From Candidatus Eiseniibacteriota bacterium (GTDB lineage Bacteria > Eisenbacteria > RBG-16-71-46 > JABDJR01 > JAWXBZ01): a stretch of DNA of 19,931 bases. Shown here piece by piece: positions 6,942 through 15,076 of this stretch (positions are counted from its first letter, which is position 1; each line of letters opens with the position of its first letter). The notes below the pieces were generated by a model. That model was not told the origin of the DNA. It saw nothing but the letters and a program-made list of their open reading frames with translations, and searched no databases. The position numbers and the translations under genes were made by a program. The stretch covers positions 1 to 19,931 of the forward strand of contig JAWXBZ010000198.1 in assembly GCA_034440375.1 (NCBI GenBank), written 5' to 3'.

Positions 6942-7566
6942 CGTCCGCAGCCGCCGCGCTGCAGGCGCCGCGGTCGTGGTCCTGACCCTCGGCATCGTGG
7001 TGGCGGCACTTCTGTTGTCCGATCCATCGCGCCGGGACACCCGTGTCGTGCTTCTCGGTATCGGGGAGGAGCTGGTGCTCGATCCCTCCGGCGGGAATCG
7101 CCTGCGCCTGGTGACCGTGACCACCGAGGCGGATGGGCATCACACGCTCTTTCTCGAATCATCCCCGCTTGGAGCATCAGCCACCCCGGTCCGGTTGACC
7201 AGCCGGGAGCCTCTCCTCCTGGCCCATCATTCCCTCCGCCTCCTTTCCGTTCGTCCGGACGAGGCGCGGGGGGCGGCCGTGCAACTGCAATGGATTCCCA
7301 GGAACTCCGACGCGCCGAGGCCCCTTTTTTCGGTGGGGGAGGAGGTGGTGCGGTTGCCGGTCAGCGGCCACTCGCTCGAAATTCGGGTGATCGGCGACGT
7401 CCCGCCACCGGGCCGGGGGCCACTCGACATCGAGGTGGCCGGACTCCCCGAGGGGCCCACCCGGGTTCGCCTTGCGTGGAGCGGAACTGCTCCGGTGGGT
7501 TCTCTTGCCGAGCTCCGCTGGATCGGCACCCGCGAACGGCTGCTGGCCCGAATCGAGGTCCGCTAG
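6934..7566 (+). CDS. hypothetical single-TM-anchored extracytoplasmic beta-rich protein with two internal repeats
   Basis: Basic N-terminus plus hydrophobic helix (aa 9-28). Start overlaps the hemA stop (ATGATTGA). Confidence 0.7.
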   Translation: MIDVRSRRAAGAAVVVLTLGIVVAALLLSDPSRRDTRVVLLGIGEELVLDPSGGNRLRLVTVTTEADGHHTLFLESSPLGASATPVRLTSREPLLLAHHSLRLLSVRPDEARGAAVQLQWIPRNSDAPRPLFSVGEEVVRLPVSGHSLEIRVIGDVPPPGRGPLDIEVAGLPEGPTRVRLAWSGTAPVGSLAELRWIGTRERLLARIEVR

Positions 7567-7666
7567 CCCGTTCCACCTGCTCGTGGCATACTTCCCCGCT
7601 CTTGAACCCTTGGTCGGTGGGTACGACATCCATTTCGAGGTACGCCGGGGCGGGAGCGGGGGTACG

Positions 7667-8101
7667 TTGAACTGGATTCGCCGGCTCGAAGATTGGTCGC
7701 CACTTGTCCTTTACACCGCACTCATGGCCGCTGTCTCCACGATTCCGACCCTGACGCCCCCGGGCGACGGGCCATTCTCAGACAAGGTGTGGCATGTCGG
7801 CGAGTATGTCGTCTGGACGCTGCTCATTCGGCGGGCCATCGACCGGAGTCGATCCGACACGTCACGCCGGCCGTTCAAGATGGCGGCCACGTTTGTCCTT
7901 GGCTGTATTCTGGCCGTGGCGGACGAGAATATTCAGCGGCTGGCCGGTCGGCATTATGCCGTCGACGACATGGTGGCGGACGGGGCCGGGTTGGCTCTTG
8001 GACTCCCGATCTATGAACTGATTGCATACCGCGTCCGAGCGGCCCGGCGGGAAACGAGCCGGAGCCCGGCGGACCCGTCCCGAGAGGGGTCGACACGATG
8101 A
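7667..8101 (+). CDS. VanZ-family membrane protein
   Basis: DKVWHVGEY and DENIQRLAGRHYAVDDMVAD match VanZ-like DKxxH and DExxQxxxGR motifs. TTG start at 7667 follows a G-rich SD; stop overlaps the hisS ATG. Confidence 0.8.
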   Translation: MNWIRRLEDWSPLVLYTALMAAVSTIPTLTPPGDGPFSDKVWHVGEYVVWTLLIRRAIDRSRSDTSRRPFKMAATFVLGCILAVADENIQRLAGRHYAVDDMVADGAGLALGLPIYELIAYRVRAARRETSRSPADPSREGSTR

Positions 8102-9381
8102 AATTCCAGGCACCGCGCGGAACGCAGGACATCTTCTCGCCGGCCGTCCTTGCGTGGCAATCGCTCGAGGCCACCGCGCGTCGCGTCATGGGGCGCTACG
8201 GTTATGCCGAGATTCGAACGCCGATCTTCGAATCCACCGAGCTGTTCACCCGCGGCATCGGCGAAGCCACCGACATCGTCCAGAAGGAGATGTACACATT
8301 CTCCGACCGGAAGGGGCGGAGCCTGACCCTGCGTCCCGAGGGGACGGCGCCGGCGGTGCGCGCCTATATCGAACACAACCTGGGTGCCCGGCGGATGCCC
8401 TGTCGCGCCTGGTATCACGGCCCGATCTTTCGCTACGAGCGGCCTCAGGCCGGCCGTTATCGGCAGCACCACCAGGTGGGCGCCGAGCTGCTAGGCTCGC
8501 CCGCGCCCGAGGCCGATTTCGAGGTCATCGACCTCTTCGTCCGCCTGCTCCTGGAACTGGGCCTGGCCGATGTGACCGTGCGATTGAACTCCGTCGGCGA
8601 TGAGAACAGCCGCCCCGCCTTCCGCCTGGTGCTGGAGGAGGCGCTCCGCCCGCGCCTCTCTGAACTGTGCGAGGACTGCCGGCGCCGATTCGATCTCAAC
8701 ATCCTTCGCATCTTCGATTGCAAGGTGCCGAATGACCGGGCCATCGTGGCCTCGCTGCCGGTGATGATCGACCATCTCGATCCGGCGTCCAAATCCCACC
8801 ACGACCGGTTGCGCTCGCTGCTCGACGGGGCCGGCATCCGTTACGAGGAAGACCCGCGCCTCGTTCGCGGGCTCGATTACTACACCCGCACCGTGTTCGA
8901 GGTGCATCACCCGAAACTCGGCGCCCAGAGCGCCGTGGGCGGCGGCGGGCGATACGACAATCTGGTGTCCGAGTGCGGCGGCCCGCCCACGCCGGCCGTC
9001 GGTTTCTCCTCCGGGATCGAGCGCCTTCTCATGGCTTTGGAGGCCGAAGGATGCGCGCAGGGGGCCGTCGTACCGCCGGATGTCATGGTGGTCGGCACGG
9101 ACCGTCTGGCCACCGCCGTCCTGGCCGCGACGCTGCGTCGTCACCACCGCGTGGATGTGGACCTGATGGAACGCTCCTTCGGCAGCCAGATGAAGCAGGC
9201 TGACCGAAGCTCAGCCCGCTTTGCCCTGATCCTGGGCGAGGATGAAATGGCCGGCGATTTCGTGACCCTGCGCGACATGACGGCGGGCACGGAATCCCGG
9301 ATCCCGCGGGACCGGCTGGAGGCCGAACTCGCCACACGATTGACTGAACCGGCCCCCAACGCGGCGCCGAAGGAGCAATAG
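8098..9381 (+). CDS. hisS: histidine--tRNA ligase
   Basis: PRGTQD, KEMYTF, LRPEGTA, FRYERPQAGRYRQHHQVGAE, LVRGLDYYTRTVFE, GGGRYD, GIERL. Confidence 0.98.
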   Translation: MKFQAPRGTQDIFSPAVLAWQSLEATARRVMGRYGYAEIRTPIFESTELFTRGIGEATDIVQKEMYTFSDRKGRSLTLRPEGTAPAVRAYIEHNLGARRMPCRAWYHGPIFRYERPQAGRYRQHHQVGAELLGSPAPEADFEVIDLFVRLLLELGLADVTVRLNSVGDENSRPAFRLVLEEALRPRLSELCEDCRRRFDLNILRIFDCKVPNDRAIVASLPVMIDHLDPASKSHHDRLRSLLDGAGIRYEEDPRLVRGLDYYTRTVFEVHHPKLGAQSAVGGGGRYDNLVSECGGPPTPAVGFSSGIERLLMALEAEGCAQGAVVPPDVMVVGTDRLATAVLAATLRRHHRVDVDLMERSFGSQMKQADRSSARFALILGEDEMAGDFVTLRDMTAGTESRIPRDRLEAELATRLTEPAPNAAPKEQ

Positions 9382-9383
9382 GC

Positions 9384-11156
9384 ATGGACACGATGGGAAA
9401 CTTGAAACGAACTCACCACGCCGGCCATGTTTCCGCCGACCTGACAGGACAGACGGTCACGGTGGCCGGCTGGGTCGACCGGCTGCGCGATCATGGCGGT
9501 GTTTACTTTGTCGACCTGCGCGATTGGACCGGCATCGTCCAGGTGGTCTTTCACCCGGAAAACCTGCCGGCGGAGGCGCTGGCTGCGGCGTACGACCTGG
9601 GGCGCGAGTATGTCGTTGCCGTTTCCGGCGTGGTGACGCCGCGCCCGCCGGAAATGGTCAATTCGAAGCTGGCGACGGGAGCCATCGAGATCGATGCGCG
9701 GGAAATTCGCGTGCTGAACGTTTCCCGCACGCCACCTTTCGCCATCGTCGACGACACCGACGCGTCCGAGGATCTGCGTCTCAAGTTCCGCTACCTGGAC
9801 CTTCGTCGACCGACACTCCAGGAGTCGTTGCGACTGCGCAACCGGGTCACCCTGTCGGTGCGGCACCACCTGAACGAACAGGGGTTCTGCGAGGTCGAAA
9901 CGCCGATGCTGGTTCGCCCGACGCCCGAGGGTGCCCGGGACTATCTCGTGCCGGCCCGGCTGCATCGTGGCAAGTTCTACGCTTTGCCGCAGAGTCCCCA
10001 GCTCTACAAGCAGATCCTCATGGTCGCCGGCATCGACAAGTACTTTCAGATCGCCCGTTGCCTGCGCGACGAGGATCTGCGGGCCGACCGCCAGCCGGAA
10101 CACACCCAGATCGATATCGAGATGTCGTTCGTGACCGAGGATGACGTGTTCCGTCTCATCGAGGGAATGATGGGGCAGGTATTCCGCGAAGTCCTTGGCA
10201 TCTCCCTGCCGGCGGAGTTTCCGCGCCTGACATATCGCGAGGCGATGGACCGCTTCGGCAGCGACAAGCCCGACACGCGCTACGGCCTCGAGATGGTTGA
10301 CCTGACGTTGATGGGAAAAACGAGCGAATTCGGTGTCTTCCGCTCCGCCGTGGATGCCGGGGGCGCCGTTCGGGCCCTGTGCGTTCCCGGTGGGGCCTCG
10401 ATGAGCCGCAAGGAAATCGACGACCTGACCGAAAAGGCCAAATTGTACGGAGCCAAGGGGCTGGCGTGGGTCAAAGTGGCCGAGGCAGGTCTCGAAGGGG
10501 GCTCGGCCAAATTTCTGGACGGACCGGCTGTCACGACGGCGCTGGGCGGCAAGCCGGGTGATCTTCTTCTCTTCGTGGCCGACGCGCGCCTCGACGTGGC
10601 CTGTCGGAGTCTCGGCGCCGTGCGCAGCGTCCTTGGCGAGCCGCTCATCAAGGGGCGCGAGATGGAGTTCAATTTCACCTGGGTCCGCGAGTTTCCACTC
10701 TTCGAGCCGACCGACAACGGCGGCTGGGCGCCGGCGCATCACATCTTCTCGATGCCGCTGGAGGAACACGTCGAGCTGCTCGAATCGGACCCCGGCCGGG
10801 TGCACGCGCAGCTATACGACCTGGTGTGCAACGGCGTGGAACTGGCCTCCGGCTCGATCCGGATTCACCGCCGCGACATCCAGGAGCGGGTGATGAAGGT
10901 GATCGGCCTCTCGATCGAAGAGGCGGAATCCCGGTTCGGATTTCTGCTCGAGGCCTTTCAGTACGGCGCCCCGCCGCATGGCGGCATCGCGCCCGGGCTG
11001 GACCGGTTGATCATGGTGATGACCGGCCGCCGTTCGATCCGCGACGTCATCGCTTTTCCCAAGACGCAGAGTGCCACCAGTCTCATGGACGGCTGTCCGG
11101 CCCAGGTCGACGAGCGGGATGTTCGGGACCTGCACCTGAAAATCACGGCGGAGTGA
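9384..11156 (+). CDS. aspS: aspartate--tRNA ligase (possibly non-discriminating Asp/Asn)
   Basis: RDHGGVYFVDLRD, EDLRLKFRYLDLRR, TPEGARDYLVP, ALPQSPQLYKQ, DEDLRADRQPE, GAPPHGGIAPGLDRL, IRDVIAFPK. Confidence 0.98.
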   Translation: MDTMGNLKRTHHAGHVSADLTGQTVTVAGWVDRLRDHGGVYFVDLRDWTGIVQVVFHPENLPAEALAAAYDLGREYVVAVSGVVTPRPPEMVNSKLATGAIEIDAREIRVLNVSRTPPFAIVDDTDASEDLRLKFRYLDLRRPTLQESLRLRNRVTLSVRHHLNEQGFCEVETPMLVRPTPEGARDYLVPARLHRGKFYALPQSPQLYKQILMVAGIDKYFQIARCLRDEDLRADRQPEHTQIDIEMSFVTEDDVFRLIEGMMGQVFREVLGISLPAEFPRLTYREAMDRFGSDKPDTRYGLEMVDLTLMGKTSEFGVFRSAVDAGGAVRALCVPGGASMSRKEIDDLTEKAKLYGAKGLAWVKVAEAGLEGGSAKFLDGPAVTTALGGKPGDLLLFVADARLDVACRSLGAVRSVLGEPLIKGREMEFNFTWVREFPLFEPTDNGGWAPAHHIFSMPLEEHVELLESDPGRVHAQLYDLVCNGVELASGSIRIHRRDIQERVMKVIGLSIEEAESRFGFLLEAFQYGAPPHGGIAPGLDRLIMVMTGRRSIRDVIAFPKTQSATSLMDGCPAQVDERDVRDLHLKITAE

Positions 11157-11256
11157 GGGGAGAGCTTCCCGACATGGCTTTCCTGTCGGTAAAATTTACA
11201 AAAACGCATAACTGGTTAAATTGTAGACAATTATGGTCTGAAGGCAGCCATCCCGG

Positions 11257-11286
11257 TTGACACGAACCGTCGGACGGCGCTAGCGT
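11257..11286 (+). promoter_or_regulatory. putative sigma70 promoter for the phoH cluster
   Basis: TTGACA (11257-11262), 18 nt, TAGCGT (11281-11286). AT-rich region upstream; GGAGG at 11303-11307. Confidence 0.55.
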
Positions 11287-11310
11287 TCTAATCAAACCTT
11301 TCGGAGGCGA

Positions 11311-12282
11311 ATGAAGGCGCAACGAATCGAGACCATTGACCTGGAATCCATCGATCCACTTCACCTCTTCGGCGAGCGTGACAGTCATCTTCGATGGATC
11401 GAGCAGCGATACGAGGTGGAAGCCACCCTCCGTGGCCGCAAATTGGCTGTGGCCGGCAGTGATGGCCCGGTCGAGTCTGCGGCGAACCTGTTCCGCGAAC
11501 TCATCAGCATGGTGAAACGAGGCCAGTTGTTGACATCCGTGGAGCTCGATTTTGCCGCCAGCCGCCTCGATGGGGGCGCCCCGGCCGGCCAGGCCGAATC
11601 TTCCGGCGACCAGATCCTTCAATTCGAGCGACGGTCCATCTATCTCAAGTCGCCGGGCCAGCGCCACTATGTGGAAGCGGTTCGCAAGAACGATATCGTG
11701 TTCGGGATCGGGCCTGCCGGCACGGGGAAGACCTTCCTGGCGGTGGCCATGGCCGTCTCCGCACTCAAGGATCGGCAGGTCGAGCGAATCGTCCTGGTTC
11801 GTCCGGCGGTGGAGGCCGGGGAAAGCCTTGGATTCCTGCCCGGAAGCTACGAGGAAAAGGTCGATCCCTACCTGCGTCCTCTCTACGATGCCCTGCGCGA
11901 TCTGATCGGGCACGAAAAGGTCCGGCGCTTCATGGAGACCGGCGTAATCGAGATTGCGCCGCTGGCCTACATGCGTGGCCGAACCCTCAGCCGCTCGTTC
12001 GTCATCCTGGATGAGGCGCAGAACACGACGGTCAAGCAGATGAAGATGTTCCTGACCCGGCTCGGCCCCGATTCCCGGGCGGTCATCACCGGGGACGTGA
12101 CCCAGATCGATCTCGAGAAGCCGGAAACCTCAGGCCTGGTGCAGATTCAATCGATCCTCATCGGTATTGCCGACATTCGCTTCTGCTATTTCGAGGAGCG
12201 GGACGTCGTTCGGCACCGCCTGGTGCGCGACATCCTGCGGGCATTCAACACCCACGAGAACCGCGAGAAACAGGGGTCATGA
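11311..12282 (+). CDS. phoH: PhoH-family ATPase (YbeZ-like)
   Basis: GIGPAGTGKT Walker A, RPAVEAGESLGFLPG, KVDPYLRPLYDAL, APLAYMRGRTL, ILDEAQN, TGDVTQIDL, DVVRHRLV. Confidence 0.95.
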   Translation: MKAQRIETIDLESIDPLHLFGERDSHLRWIEQRYEVEATLRGRKLAVAGSDGPVESAANLFRELISMVKRGQLLTSVELDFAASRLDGGAPAGQAESSGDQILQFERRSIYLKSPGQRHYVEAVRKNDIVFGIGPAGTGKTFLAVAMAVSALKDRQVERIVLVRPAVEAGESLGFLPGSYEEKVDPYLRPLYDALRDLIGHEKVRRFMETGVIEIAPLAYMRGRTLSRSFVILDEAQNTTVKQMKMFLTRLGPDSRAVITGDVTQIDLEKPETSGLVQIQSILIGIADIRFCYFEERDVVRHRLVRDILRAFNTHENREKQGS

Positions 12283-12324
12283 TTCTCAAACGGCTCATGA
12301 ACGCAAGCTCATGACCTCCGGTTC

Positions 12325-14691
12325 ATGATTTTCAAACGGCGCGAGGGTCCGGTGAACGGCCGCCCCAGGAACCGGCCCCGTACCGATCGATCCACGCCGG
12401 TCTGGCTCCGACGCCTGACCAAGATCGGGCTGGCGCTCTCGGTCATCCTGGTCACCGTGCCGCTCTTTCCACTCCAACGGCGTGTTGATCCGCCCCACTA
12501 TCAGGTTGGCCAGGTGATCGACGAGGAAATCCTGGCACCATTCTCCTTCGACATCCTGCGCGGCGAGGAAGACATCGACCGCGATCGGATCGACGCGGTG
12601 CGATCGGTGGCGCCGATTTTCACGGTTGACGACACGCGCGCCGAGGCCACCCTGCGGCGATTGACCCGGTTCGGACAGGACGTCCGGCGGGTGGCCACCT
12701 CGCCTCAATTGAAGCGCAGCGAGCGGGTGGAAACCGTCGGCCAGCTCGGCGTGCCGCTGACGCCGGGGACGCGCCGTGCATTGGCCGATCCGGATACGGC
12801 CGGAATGATTGTCGAGGAAGTCAGCCGATTGATGGTGCAGTCCTACCAGGTGGGGCTCGTCGATATATCCGACATGGCCCTGTACGACAATCGCCTCAAG
12901 GTGAAGCTTCGCCGGGACGGAGAGGAAACGGTGAACCCGTCATTCCAGCTCTTCGATCGGCGCCGCATCCAGGAAGTGGCGAACGAACGAGCCGTCCAGC
13001 TTTTCCCTCCCGGGAGCGAGGCGATCCAGGCCATGGTCGAGGTGGCCGGCCGTTTCGCGGAGGCGAACCTCATCTATGAAAAGGTCGAGACGACACGCCT
13101 CGAGGCGGCCGCGCGGAACGCGGTACCAACCATCGCCGGCCGGGTGGAGATGGGGGAACGCATCATCGACAGCCACACCAAGATCACCGCCGAGGAGTAC
13201 GAAAAACTTCGATCGCTGGAGGCGGCCACCAACCGGTTGAGTCACCAGCCCGGGTCGACCGGCTGGTTCATGCCGCTGGTCGGCCGGGCCCTCCTCGTCT
13301 TCATGCTGGTGGTGATCTTCGCGGTCTTCCTCAAGCTCCACCGGCCCCGGCTGTATGACGACCTCACCACGCTGACCTTTCTGACCAGCCTCAGCATCCT
13401 GGTGCTACTCGTCGCGGCCCTGGTGATCCGTTTCGCGCCGGAGGCCTCCCCCTATCTCATTCCCGTGGGCCTGGCGTCGATCCTGATCACGTTGCTTCTC
13501 GATGACCAGCTGGCCGGCGCGGTCAGCGTGGCCATTTCCATTCTCATCGGCATCGTCGGGGGGCTTGGTCTCCCCTTCGTCATCGTGTCGATCGTCGGCA
13601 GCCTGGCGGCCAGCTATGCGGTCGCCGGCATCCGGCACCGCTGGGAGTTCTATCGGGCCATGATCTTCATGTCGCTGGCCTACGCCGTGACGATCCTGGC
13701 CGTCGAGCTGATCACCTCGAGCTCTCCCTTCCAGGTGGCGATGAAGGATTCGCTCTGGGGTGTCATCAACGCGGTATCGGCCACGACGGCCGCCATCGTG
13801 TTGCTGCCGGTGTTCGAGCGCAGCTTCGGTTTGTGCACCGACATCACGCTGATCGAACTCGCCGACCTCAACCGGCCGATCTTCAAGCGGATGATGCTGG
13901 AGGCCAACGGTACCTACCATCACACCATGGTCATCGGGAGCCTGTCGGAGGCGGCGGCCACCGCGGTGGGAGCCAATCCGCTCCTGGCCCGTGTCGGTGC
14001 CTACTACCACGACATCGGCAAGGTGCCCAAGGCCGAGTACTTCGGGGAGAATCTCAAGCCGGGGATGAAGAATCCGCACGAGCGGTTGACCCCGACGATG
14101 TCGTGCCTGATCCTGGAAAGCCATGTCCGCGAGGGGCAGGAAATGGCCCGCGAGATGAAGCTCCCCAAGCGGGTGGCCGACTTCATTCCCGAGCACCAGG
14201 GAACAACCCTGATGAGCTATTTCTTCCACAAGGCGCTCGAGATGGACCCCGGTGTCGAGGAGCGCGACTACCGCTATCCTGGTCCGAAGCCGCAGTCGAA
14301 GGAGACGGCGCTTGTCATGCTGGCCGATTCCGTGGAGGCCACCGCCCGCTCGCTGGCCGATCCGTCTCCCAGCCGCATCAAGGCGGTGGTGAAGCGGATA
14401 ATCGACCAGCGCGCGGCGGACGGGCAGCTCGACGAGTGCAACCTGTCATTACAAGAGTTGGCCCGGGCGCGCGACGCCTTCGTACCGGTACTGGTTGGTC
14501 TCTTCCACGGCCGCATTCAGTACCAGTGGCAGAAGACTCCCGATGGCGGATTTCCGGATGCCGGTGGGGGCCGGCGGGCTGAGGCCGGAGGGGGCCTGAA
14601 TCCCCGCGGTGATGTCGGCGCCCGTTCCGAACCGGGTGGTCCAACGAGCGGCCGTGTCGATCGCGATCCTCTGGAAAAAGAATCCCGTTGA
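12325..14691 (+). CDS. 7TM-HD (HDIG) membrane phosphohydrolase, PgpH-like putative cyclic-di-AMP phosphodiesterase
   Basis: N-terminal TM, large extracytoplasmic domain, about seven TMs, then LIELADLNRP, GTYHH, GAYYHDIGK, YFGEN, YRYPGPKPQSKETALVMLADSVEA. Classic position between phoH and ybeY. Confidence 0.92.
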   Translation: MIFKRREGPVNGRPRNRPRTDRSTPVWLRRLTKIGLALSVILVTVPLFPLQRRVDPPHYQVGQVIDEEILAPFSFDILRGEEDIDRDRIDAVRSVAPIFTVDDTRAEATLRRLTRFGQDVRRVATSPQLKRSERVETVGQLGVPLTPGTRRALADPDTAGMIVEEVSRLMVQSYQVGLVDISDMALYDNRLKVKLRRDGEETVNPSFQLFDRRRIQEVANERAVQLFPPGSEAIQAMVEVAGRFAEANLIYEKVETTRLEAAARNAVPTIAGRVEMGERIIDSHTKITAEEYEKLRSLEAATNRLSHQPGSTGWFMPLVGRALLVFMLVVIFAVFLKLHRPRLYDDLTTLTFLTSLSILVLLVAALVIRFAPEASPYLIPVGLASILITLLLDDQLAGAVSVAISILIGIVGGLGLPFVIVSIVGSLAASYAVAGIRHRWEFYRAMIFMSLAYAVTILAVELITSSSPFQVAMKDSLWGVINAVSATTAAIVLLPVFERSFGLCTDITLIELADLNRPIFKRMMLEANGTYHHTMVIGSLSEAAATAVGANPLLARVGAYYHDIGKVPKAEYFGENLKPGMKNPHERLTPTMSCLILESHVREGQEMAREMKLPKRVADFIPEHQGTTLMSYFFHKALEMDPGVEERDYRYPGPKPQSKETALVMLADSVEATARSLADPSPSRIKAVVKRIIDQRAADGQLDECNLSLQELARARDAFVPVLVGLFHGRIQYQWQKTPDGGFPDAGGGRRAEAGGGLNPRGDVGARSEPGGPTSGRVDRDPLEKESR

Positions 14692-15076
14692 CCGAGTCCG
14701 GCTGGCCCGTCTCGTCCGCCTTGTTCTGGCGGGCGAGGGGCGGCGGGGCGCGCGCGTGGGCATCGTGCTGACCGACAACGAGGAACTCCGCCGCCTCAAT
14801 GCCGCGTATCGCGGCCGGGATTTGGTTACCGACGTGCTGTCCTTCCCCGCCGAGGCGACGGACTCCGAGGACGGCCGCTATCTCGGCGACATCGCCATCT
14901 CGCTCGAGAGGGCCGGTGAGCAGGCGCCCCGATTCGGCAACGAATTTCCGGACGAGGTCGACCGACTGCTGGTTCACGGCCTCCTGCACCTGTGCGGCCA
15001 CGATCATCATGCACCGGCTGACGGGCGCCGGATGAAGGCACGCGAGCGGGCGTATCTCGATCCAGCTTCTCGATGA
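14654..15076 (+). CDS. ybeY: rRNA maturation endoribonuclease YbeY
   Basis: LNAAYRGRD..TDVLSFP, LGDIAIS, HGLLHLCGHDH zinc motif. GTG start at 14654 is inferred. Confidence 0.93.
   Translation: MSIAILWKKNPVDRVRLARLVRLVLAGEGRRGARVGIVLTDNEELRRLNAAYRGRDLVTDVLSFPAEATDSEDGRYLGDIAISLERAGEQAPRFGNEFPDEVDRLLVHGLLHLCGHDHHAPADGRRMKARERAYLDPASR

Noticed and set aside
9141-10805. 554-aa antisense ORF in codon register with aspS
   Set aside because: Expected shadow frame in high-GC genes; no recognisable domain and fully overlapping conserved hisS/aspS.
11157-11310. Pho box upstream of phoH
   Set aside because: No 11-bp-spaced CTGTCAT-type direct repeats; the gene is the ybeY-linked PhoH type.
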